From assembly GCA_963693055.1 (NCBI GenBank), contig OY843751.1, positions 5,056,001 through 5,120,000 on the forward strand: DNA of 64,000 nt, read 5' to 3'. Source of the DNA: a bacterium. GTDB taxonomy: Bacteria > Zhuqueibacterota > Zhuqueibacteria > Residuimicrobiales > Krinioviventaceae. Positions 10,519 through 18,481 of this stretch are shown piece by piece (the first letter of the stretch is position 1; each line of letters begins with the position of its first letter). The notes under the pieces were generated by a model, which worked only from the letters and a program-made list of their open reading frames with translations, was not told the origin of the DNA and made no database searches. Made by a program: the position numbers and the translations under genes.

Positions 10519-11355
10519 TCAATTATGCAATGGTGGTAAAAGCCGTGAACGCTTTACATGGTACCTCACCAGGAGCAACACCCAAGTAAAGCATACAACA
10601 ATCGTTATTAGCGAAGCCTCGGGGCCAAAATCACCTCCGGTCAACCAGGCAGGCCCAACAAGATTACTCTTTATAAAGTGTGTTAGATCATCATTACCCG
10701 AAACCGCAACCCCATAAAAATTCTGACTAAAATTCCAAAACATATGAAAGGAAATGGGAAGCCACAGTCTGCCCGTGGCTGAATACATTAATCCAAAAAT
10801 CAAACTACCAAGCGTAGCAGAAAGCAATCCCGGCAAAGATATATTTTCATTAAAAACATGAGCCGTCATAAACAAAATGCTGGTAATCCCCAAAGCCCAC
10901 CAAATCCCCAGTTCTGTTTCAAGTATCCGATATAGCATCCCCCTGAACAACAATTCCTCCATCACACTCAACAACATAAAGAAAACCAGAGATGTCCCCA
11001 GAACAGATATAGAATAACAACCCTGAATTGAATATGCACCCAAACTCCACAACAATCCTATAATCAAGGATATGCTGCCAAAGCCAACCAGACCTCCCCC
11101 TAATAACGCTTTTGTAAAAAATGAAAAATTCAACTCGTCAACATCTCGTTTTTCAAATAAACGAACATAATAATAATAGGCCCCTAGTAATGCCGCTGTA
11201 GTAAATACGGCTTTGATTGTTTTCTCAGTTACTCCCTGAAATCCCAAAACATGCTGGAGTAAATAACCGGCAAAAAACTTGACCAACAAGGAAGCCCCTA
11301 ATACCCAAATGCATCCCCCTACTATGCGCAACAATATGAATCCTGTTTTTTTCAT
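10519..11355 (-). CDS. CPBP (CAAX/Abi) intramembrane glutamic endopeptidase
   Basis: EELLFRG, F..AH, H..WN motifs; multi-TM; GGDFGPEAS tail. Confidence 0.85.
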   Translation of the reverse strand: MKKTGFILLRIVGGCIWVLGASLLVKFFAGYLLQHVLGFQGVTEKTIKAVFTTAALLGAYYYYVRLFEKRDVDELNFSFFTKALLGGGLVGFGSISLIIGLLWSLGAYSIQGCYSISVLGTSLVFFMLLSVMEELLFRGMLYRILETELGIWWALGITSILFMTAHVFNENISLPGLLSATLGSLIFGLMYSATGRLWLPISFHMFWNFSQNFYGVAVSGNDDLTHFIKSNLVGPAWLTGGDFGPEASLITIVVCFTWVLLLVRYHVKRSRLLPPLHN

Positions 11356-11591
11356 AACCTCTCCTAAAATTGTATATACGCATAAATCTAAATATCAAAA
11401 TAACTACCAACAATAGGACTATTGTCTCATTTTCACCTATTCTCTTCAATATGCGCAGGATTGCCTTAATTCACAATTTTTAGTTGATATTCTACAGGCA
11501 AAAGGTTAACTTTATCTGCAAAACGGCCAAAATTCATTATATATTTTTTATGAATGTTTCTACCTAATCTATTGATTTTATTAATGCACTC

Positions 11592-12929
11592 TTGGAGGGC
11601 AACTTTATAAAAAAAAATATTACAGAAAAAATTTCGTTTTTTATGTTCATCATCTCTCTTTTGTGTATGGCTTATGGTTATGGATACCTGACTCACGAAT
11701 TAAAATTATTTCCATATTATCAGATAAAGAATGCAAACAGGTTTAGAGGTGAACTTTTAGCCAAACTCAAGGGCCATAAACAGTGGTTTTATCAAACCAC
11801 CGAAAATAACAAAAATGTTCCGGTTTATGAACATATCGCTGCATACAATGCTCCTACAATGTTTTCATGTATTGGCAATGATGAACATTTGTATATAAAA
11901 ATTGTCAATATGGACGGAAGTTTGGTACACCAATGGAAAACCGACTGGTTTGATCTCTGGCCCAAAGATGCTAAAATACATAAACGTTTTGTCCCCCAAA
12001 AACGCCCCGGCACAAACATTCATGGCATTGAGATTATGGATAATGGTGATATTGTTTTTATCTTTGAAGATATAGGCATGATATGTCTGGATGTATGTGG
12101 AAATTTAAAATGGCATATCAACTACTCGTTCCACCATTCCCTGCATCGTGATGAAGAAGGTAATTTTTGGGTTAGCGGAAATATTTGGCACGAATCCAGG
12201 ATCGAAAACTATTCATATTTAAATCCTGTGGTATTAGAACCTACTGTGGTCAAGGTGTCCCCTGATGGAAAGATATTGTCTGAAACATCAGTCTTTGACA
12301 TTCTTCGCCATAACGAGCTTGAATCTTTTTTGATCATGCAAACCAAAGCCAATATAACACCGCAAAATTCGGGTGATATATTGCACCTGAACGATGTTGA
12401 ACCCTTTCCTGCATCCATGGAACCCGGTTTTTTTCGTCCCGGCGATGTATTGATTTCATTACGAAATATGAACACCGTACTGGTCTATAACCTAGAAACA
12501 CTGGATGTTAAATATCAACGTACGGGCAAGTTCATTAGACAACATGATCCGGACTTTATAGACGGCAACACAATCTCCTTGTATGACAATAACAATTTGG
12601 ATATAAAAAATGACTCGGTACAAAGCAGAATCGTCATGTTCCATCTGCCGGAAGACCGGGCACAGGTTATCTATAGCGGCAGCAAAGAAGAACCTTTTTT
12701 CTCAAAAATCATGGGCAAGCATCAATGGCTTCCAAATGAAAATCTGTTAATAACAGATTCGCTATCCGGACGTGTATTTGAAATCGATAAATCAGGTAAA
12801 ATTGTCTGGGAATATTTTAATCTAGTAGAAAAAGGGTACACAGGCATTATAGGCGAAGCAAAACGGATATCCCCGGTTTTTAATAAAACATTTTTTGAAA
12901 AAAGAAAAAGTGAATGTAGAGACAACTAA
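11592..12929 (+). CDS. Arylsulfotransferase (ASST) family protein, N-terminal membrane anchor, paralogue 1
   Basis: FHHS, LHLNDVE, ISLRN, RQHDPDF, YDNN, LPNENLLIT motifs of ASST-type beta-propellers. Start uncertain (TTG 11592 or ATA 11607). Confidence 0.8.
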   Translation: MEGNFIKKNITEKISFFMFIISLLCMAYGYGYLTHELKLFPYYQIKNANRFRGELLAKLKGHKQWFYQTTENNKNVPVYEHIAAYNAPTMFSCIGNDEHLYIKIVNMDGSLVHQWKTDWFDLWPKDAKIHKRFVPQKRPGTNIHGIEIMDNGDIVFIFEDIGMICLDVCGNLKWHINYSFHHSLHRDEEGNFWVSGNIWHESRIENYSYLNPVVLEPTVVKVSPDGKILSETSVFDILRHNELESFLIMQTKANITPQNSGDILHLNDVEPFPASMEPGFFRPGDVLISLRNMNTVLVYNLETLDVKYQRTGKFIRQHDPDFIDGNTISLYDNNNLDIKNDSVQSRIVMFHLPEDRAQVIYSGSKEEPFFSKIMGKHQWLPNENLLITDSLSGRVFEIDKSGKIVWEYFNLVEKGYTGIIGEAKRISPVFNKTFFEKRKSECRDN

Positions 12930-12944
12930 CAACAAGGATCGGAC

Positions 12945-14261
12945 TTGAAAAATTTTAAAGAGAACCTTCCCAAATACATGTTTATGTTCTCATTTGTATT
13001 TATGGCATTTATTTATGGTTATATATGCAAAGAATTAAACCTGTTTCCTTCAAAACAGATACAAAGTGCAAATACTTTTCGAGTAACTTTGATGCAACAA
13101 CTTGCCGGAGAAAAACAATGGTATTACCAACCCACTGAGGAGGAACAAAACGTACCCATTTACAATAAAGACATGGCGTTTAATGGCTCTACCCTGTTTT
13201 CCTGTGTTGGCGAAGATAATTATTTATTTGTAAAAATCGTAGATATGGACGGCAGCCTGATTCACCAATGGAAAATCGACTGGTTCGAAATTTGGCCGGA
13301 TTGTGAGCATGTGCCCGAAGCAGATATACCCAAATCAAGACCCGGCACTCAAATCCAGGGAATCACATTATTAAACAATGGTGATTTGGTGTTCAACTTT
13401 TCCGGTCTGGGATTGGTACGCATGGATCCATGTGGCAAAGTTGTGTGGCGCCTTGCATATCGGACCCATCATTCAATCCATCAGGATGAACAGGGGAACC
13501 TGTGGGTTCCCAGGGATATCTCCCATCAATCCAAAGTAGCGGATTATCCTTTCCTTAAACCCATCTTTTTAGAACCAACAATATTAAAAATTTCTCCCGA
13601 GGGAAAAGTGCTCAAAGAAATCTCCATGTTAGACGTGCTTGTAAGGAACAATTACAAAAGTTTGTTAGTGATGTCTACCAAAGCCCGTACCGATGTAAAA
13701 ACCTCCGGTGATATTTTACACCTGAACGATGTGGAAACTTTTCCGGATTCCATGAAAGAAGGCTTTTTCACTAAAGGAGACATTCTGGTCTCTCTGCGCA
13801 ACATAAACACGATCCTCGTATTCAATGAATCAGACCTGAAAATCAAGTATCTTAAAATCGGTGATTTTGTTAGACAACATGATGCTGATTTTATTGATGG
13901 CAATACGATCTCGGTTTATGACAATAACAACATTGCTCAAAAAGATAAATTCATGTACAGCACTATAACAATACTTGATGTGGTAACCAACCAAACCCGC
14001 ATCCATTACAAGGGCACTCCGGAAGCACCTTTTTTCTCCAATTTGATGGGTCGTCATCAATGGTTACCCAATGGCAACATGTTAATCACAGAATCTTCTA
14101 CCGGTCGCGCATTTGAGATCAATGAAAATGGCAAAATCGTATGGGATTATTTTAATATAGTTGAAAAAGGATATGTGGGCATTATGGAAGAAGCCATACG
14201 TATCTCCCCTGATTTTAATCAGGAATTTTTTACAAAGAAAATTGCCGAATGTTCTGATTAA
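12945..14261 (+). CDS. Arylsulfotransferase (ASST) family protein, paralogue 2
   Basis: THHS, LHLNDVE, VSLRN, RQHDADF, YDNN, LPNGNMLIT; collinear with the upstream paralogue. Confidence 0.8.
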   Translation: MKNFKENLPKYMFMFSFVFMAFIYGYICKELNLFPSKQIQSANTFRVTLMQQLAGEKQWYYQPTEEEQNVPIYNKDMAFNGSTLFSCVGEDNYLFVKIVDMDGSLIHQWKIDWFEIWPDCEHVPEADIPKSRPGTQIQGITLLNNGDLVFNFSGLGLVRMDPCGKVVWRLAYRTHHSIHQDEQGNLWVPRDISHQSKVADYPFLKPIFLEPTILKISPEGKVLKEISMLDVLVRNNYKSLLVMSTKARTDVKTSGDILHLNDVETFPDSMKEGFFTKGDILVSLRNINTILVFNESDLKIKYLKIGDFVRQHDADFIDGNTISVYDNNNIAQKDKFMYSTITILDVVTNQTRIHYKGTPEAPFFSNLMGRHQWLPNGNMLITESSTGRAFEINENGKIVWDYFNIVEKGYVGIMEEAIRISPDFNQEFFTKKIAECSD

Positions 14262-14366
14262 TTAAAAAAGAACAATGAATTTTTTGAGCTATCAAAAAAA
14301 TATGAAATAAATAATAAATTTAGTATATTTAATGTTGTTAATATTGATATGTTTAGGAGTTACATC

Positions 14367-14603
14367 ATGAAAAATACATCGAAAATATTATTGGTTTTTT
14401 CAGCTATTTTACTATTCCTGGGCCCCCAAAATGCTGCGGCATATATAGGACCGGGAACCGGCTTGTCTGCAATTGGTGCTTTTCTTGCCTTTATTTTTGG
14501 TATCATTGTAGCTATTTTAGGTTTCTTGTGGTATCCCGTTAAAAGAATTTTCGGTAAGAAAAAATCTCAGGAACCTGATGAAATCAAAGGTGAAAACGAA
14601 TAA
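14367..14603 (+). CDS. Small membrane protein: signal peptide + YIGPG motif + TM + basic tail (78 aa)
   Basis: AGGAG RBS; MKNTSK...QNAAA|YIGPGTGLSAIGAFLAFIFGIIVAILGFLWYPVKR; stop overlaps the next ATG (TAATG). Confidence 0.8.
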   Translation: MKNTSKILLVFSAILLFLGPQNAAAYIGPGTGLSAIGAFLAFIFGIIVAILGFLWYPVKRIFGKKKSQEPDEIKGENE

Positions 14604-14983
14604 TGACTATTGTAGGTGCAATCATTCTGGTTGTTGGTTTTATTGCTATTATAAATATATTTGATCTTGTAGGAAAAAGTAAAAAAGTCATAGATGTGGC
14701 AAAGCATTCTGCAGATGTATTTCAAAATCCGGATATGAGTGATCTGGAAAAAGAAAAAGCCATGCAAAAAAATTCAATTATCCTTTTCAAATATTTTTTT
14801 ATTATTGTGGCTGTCTGTGCAATTGCTGTCTTTGCTCCCCTGGGTGTTATTTGGCTGGTCCAATTGACGGGTGTAACAACAGTTGAAAATGTACTCCACG
14901 CAACATTTTCATGGCAATTTATTGTGATCAGTTCTATCTTCATCATCGGCATTACCTGGTTGTTACGGAGAAAAAATGTCTGA
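14603..14983 (+). CDS. Hypothetical 3-TM membrane protein, coupled to the sulfotransferase
   Basis: Hydrophobic segments around a charged SDLEKEKAMQ loop; overlaps both neighbouring genes. Confidence 0.75.
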   Translation: MTIVGAIILVVGFIAIINIFDLVGKSKKVIDVAKHSADVFQNPDMSDLEKEKAMQKNSIILFKYFFIIVAVCAIAVFAPLGVIWLVQLTGVTTVENVLHATFSWQFIVISSIFIIGITWLLRRKNV

Positions 14984-16055
14984 TTTTGAAAACAAGTACT
15001 CTTTAATAGAAAAAATGCTGCACGATGTAGCCTTTAAAACCTGGCCCTCCCAAATTGCAATGTCTGATCTTGAAAGCCGATTAAACAAGAAAAAACTGAA
15101 AGGCATCGGCATTGAGCAGCCAACCTTTATAACCGCACTTCCCCGTGCCGGTACAACTTTGCTGCTTGAACTTGCTGTAGAAACCCAAGAGTTTGTTTCA
15201 CACACCTATCGTGATATGCCCTTTCTATTGACACCTCTGTTTTGGAACAGTTTTTCAAAAATCTTTAAACAATCAGATACGCCTCGCGAACGTGCTCATG
15301 GAGATGGCATGCTGGTCAGTGTTGACAGTCCCGAAGCCTTTGAAGAAATCATCTGGAAAGCGTTTTGGCCATCACGTTACAGAAAGGATAAAATTGTACC
15401 CTGGGCAGAACCAAGCTATCCGGAATTTGAAGCATTCCTTCGAGATCATCTTGTCAAGCTCATAGCCTTGCGTGGTAATGGTGAAAAAAGCAGACGTTAC
15501 ATTTCCAAAAACAATCTCAACATTTCCCGGTTAAAATATATCAACAAAATTTTCCCCGACGCAATCATCATTGTGCCCTTTAGAGATCCCATACAGCACG
15601 CGTCTTCACTGTTACGACAACATCTTAATTTTATCAACATTCATAAAGAAGATGCTTTTGCAAAAAAATATATGGCTGCAATAGGGCATTTTGATTTTGG
15701 TGAAAACCTAAAACCTGTAGATTTTGATAACTGGCTAGATTCTGCCGCTGTACAGGACCCACAAAAAATAGATTTTTGGCTGCAATATTGGTCAGACGCT
15801 TACAACTATATGATGAACAACAGTAATGACAACATTCAATTTATAGCATACGATGCCATGTGTGAAAATCCATCCAAACACATGAAAACCTTTGCGGAAA
15901 TGTTAAAACTGAAAAAACCGGACATCCTTTTACAACAAGCTGAAAGAATTGCTCCACCCAAACCCTATCAGGTCGGGCTTGACACTATTGATGCAACAAT
16001 TCTGGATAAAGTAAATTCAACGCATTTACGCCTGAAAGAAATATCCAAATTTTAA
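14976..16055 (+). CDS. PAPS-dependent sulfotransferase
   Basis: 5'-PSB motif FITALPRAGTTLL, ISKNN, 3'-PB motif PFRDP..HASS; no signal peptide. Confidence 0.85.
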   Translation: MSDFENKYSLIEKMLHDVAFKTWPSQIAMSDLESRLNKKKLKGIGIEQPTFITALPRAGTTLLLELAVETQEFVSHTYRDMPFLLTPLFWNSFSKIFKQSDTPRERAHGDGMLVSVDSPEAFEEIIWKAFWPSRYRKDKIVPWAEPSYPEFEAFLRDHLVKLIALRGNGEKSRRYISKNNLNISRLKYINKIFPDAIIIVPFRDPIQHASSLLRQHLNFINIHKEDAFAKKYMAAIGHFDFGENLKPVDFDNWLDSAAVQDPQKIDFWLQYWSDAYNYMMNNSNDNIQFIAYDAMCENPSKHMKTFAEMLKLKKPDILLQQAERIAPPKPYQVGLDTIDATILDKVNSTHLRLKEISKF

Positions 16056-16215
16056 CAATCCCTTCTTCTCAACTTTTAATTTTACAATCCTCTTAATATG
16101 TCTTCCCCTAGTATTGATCAAGGCTTATTTTTTTATAACAAAATCAAACTATTCATTGCGTATTGCGTATAAAACCTTACATTTAATTAGACAGTAATGA
16201 AAAAAGGGGATTCAC

Positions 16216-16596
16216 ATGGAATTACTGAACTATTACACAGGATGGACCAGTATTATACTGGGCTTTGTTGCCGGGGCGGTAATTGGTTTGTTTTTTTACA
16301 AAGACAATTGGGCTGGCGGCTATAACTCCTGGCAAAGAAGAATGATGCGATTGGGACACATCTCTTTTTTCGGACTCGGTTTTATAAACCTGGTTTTTGC
16401 ACTAAGCATTAAAAGCTTTCAAATTCAATTAACCACAGATCTGCCGTTTTACTTGCTGACCGCTGGTAACATCCTGATGCCAACAATATGTTTTTTATCC
16501 GCTTACAAGAGAAATTTCAGACAACTCTTTCCTCTGCCAGTTGCATGTATGTTAATTGGCACTTTAATCTTTATTTTAAATGGGGGTTTATTATGA
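16216..16596 (+). CDS. Hypothetical 4-TM membrane protein
   Basis: GGGGA RBS; four hydrophobic segments; RRMMRLGH motif; ATGA overlap with the radical SAM gene. Confidence 0.75.
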   Translation: MELLNYYTGWTSIILGFVAGAVIGLFFYKDNWAGGYNSWQRRMMRLGHISFFGLGFINLVFALSIKSFQIQLTTDLPFYLLTAGNILMPTICFLSAYKRNFRQLFPLPVACMLIGTLIFILNGGLL

Positions 16597-17927
16597 AAAT
16601 TGCACTGACAGCAATGAGTGGAATCCGAGCCTACGACCAGGAACTGTTGGAACTGGGGTTAACATTGCCCGGTTTTGTTGAAAGGAGTAAAGTAATAGCA
16701 TCTTTACCCAGCCTGGGTCTGTTAACACTTGCGGGTATGACACCCAGCCACCATGAGCTGGAATATATTGAAGTACCGGATATTGAAAACAAATCCGCAA
16801 TTGTAGACAGGTTAAAAGATTTTGATCTGGTTGCCATTTCAAGTTTTAGTGCACAAATTAAAGAAGCTTATGAGCTGGGCAATGCCTTATTACAGCACGA
16901 TGTGGCTGTTGTATTGGGTGGTTTACATACAACCGCCCTGCCCGATGAAGCAAAACAGCATTGTACGTCTGTGGTAGTAGGTGAAGGTGAACTCACATGG
17001 CAGCAACTGCTCAAAGATGCAGAAACAAAAAAGCTTGACCCGATATATGGAAATCGTGAGCAGGAATTTGATTTGAATGACGCTCCAATGCCTGCTTTTG
17101 AATTGTTAAACATAGACAATTATAATCGTCTGACCGTTCAAACCAGCCGTGGATGCCCTCACTTTTGTGAATTCTGCGCTAATACCATCATGCTCACCCG
17201 AAAATACAAACAAAAACCCCAAGCCAAAGTACTGGCTGAAATCGACAAAATCCGGGAAATATGGCCTCATCCCTTTATAGAGTTTGCAGATGACAATACC
17301 TTTGTAAACAAGGATTATTGGAAAGCCCTGTTACCTGAGCTAAAGAAAAGAAAGATTCGCTGGTTTACCGAGACCGATATATCCATAGCAAACGATACAG
17401 AACTTTTACATCTCATGCGTGAAAGCGGATGCGCGCAGGTACTGATTGGGCTTGAAAGTCCTACATCCGGTTCGCTTAGAGGTCTGGATACCAGAAGTAA
17501 CTGGAAAGAAAAACAATTTCCAAAATACATGCAGGCAATAAAAACCATTCAATCACAAGGTATTAGTGTAAACGGATGCTTTATATTGGGACTGGATGGG
17601 CAAGATACCTCCGTGTTTGATAAAGTCTATGACTTTGTTGAAAAATCAGGTTTACATGAAGTACAAATCACCGTACAAACGGCATTCCCAGGAACATTAC
17701 TTTATGAAAGATTGGTAAATGAAAAACGGATAATTGAATTAGGTGCCTGGGAAAAATGCACCCTTTTCGACATCAACTTTATCCCAAAGAACATGACCGT
17801 TCAAAAACTGGGCAAAGAATTCAGAGAATTGGGTGTTAAATTATATAACAAAGATTTTACCAGAAAGAGGCAGGACCATTTTAAAGAACTGCTGAGGGAG
17901 CTGGTCAGGTCCCGGCATTCAAATTAA
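16593..17927 (+). CDS. B12-binding domain radical SAM protein
   Basis: N-terminal PSLGLLTLA / GGLHTT / VVGEGE cobalamin-binding-like domain; RGCPHFCEFC (CxxxCxxC); FADDN, IGLES, FILGLDG, PGT.LY. Real start is MKIALT at 16593. Confidence 0.9.
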   Translation: MKIALTAMSGIRAYDQELLELGLTLPGFVERSKVIASLPSLGLLTLAGMTPSHHELEYIEVPDIENKSAIVDRLKDFDLVAISSFSAQIKEAYELGNALLQHDVAVVLGGLHTTALPDEAKQHCTSVVVGEGELTWQQLLKDAETKKLDPIYGNREQEFDLNDAPMPAFELLNIDNYNRLTVQTSRGCPHFCEFCANTIMLTRKYKQKPQAKVLAEIDKIREIWPHPFIEFADDNTFVNKDYWKALLPELKKRKIRWFTETDISIANDTELLHLMRESGCAQVLIGLESPTSGSLRGLDTRSNWKEKQFPKYMQAIKTIQSQGISVNGCFILGLDGQDTSVFDKVYDFVEKSGLHEVQITVQTAFPGTLLYERLVNEKRIIELGAWEKCTLFDINFIPKNMTVQKLGKEFRELGVKLYNKDFTRKRQDHFKELLRELVRSRHSN

Positions 17928-17951
17928 AATCCTAACTGAAAGGAGAACCCT

Positions 17952-18335
17952 GTGAAAAACATCAGGTTAATATCTCTTTTGTTCTATACAAGCGCAGTAT
18001 ATGACGGGCTGCTGGGAATCATATTTCTATTTTTCCCACTGTCACTATACAAGGTTTATTCGGTTACCTTTCCAAACCATAATGGATACGTACAATTTCC
18101 GGCACTATTGTTAATAATATTTGGAATCATGTTTCTGAATATTGCCAGAAAGCCCGTACAAAACCGGAATTTAATGCCATATGGTATATTATTAAAAGCC
18201 GCCTATTGTGGTGTCGTCTTTGTATACTGGTTTTCAATCAATATTCCGGATATGTGGAAACCTTTTGCAATCATTGACCTGATTTTTGGTATCCTGTTCT
18301 ATCTCTCTTATCGCTCGCTACAAAACAACAATTGA
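17952..18335 (+). CDS. Hypothetical 4-TM membrane protein
   Basis: AAGGAG RBS, GTG start, four TM segments. Confidence 0.75.
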   Translation: MKNIRLISLLFYTSAVYDGLLGIIFLFFPLSLYKVYSVTFPNHNGYVQFPALLLIIFGIMFLNIARKPVQNRNLMPYGILLKAAYCGVVFVYWFSINIPDMWKPFAIIDLIFGILFYLSYRSLQNNN

Positions 18336-18360
18336 ATTAACTGATATCGTTTTACATTTC

Positions 18361-18399
18361 AGCATAACAGGAACTCCCAAGGTTCCTGTTATGCTTTTA
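18361..18399 (+). terminator. Rho-independent terminator
   Basis: AGCATAACAGGAAC-tcccaag-GTTCCTGTTATGCT followed by TTT. Confidence 0.8.
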
Positions 18400-18481
18400 T
18401 TGGCATGATTATTGATTTGTTGATTTATTACAAACATTAGAATTATGTACAAATCATAACTTTTTTAAAATCAGCCAATAT

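Noticed and set aside
16488-16592. N-terminal extension of the radical SAM ORF (similar over-long starts at 30362, 33759, 38633, 43588, 56407)
   Set aside because: Overlaps upstream genes or lacks an RBS; downstream ATGs have an RBS, translational coupling or a signal peptide.
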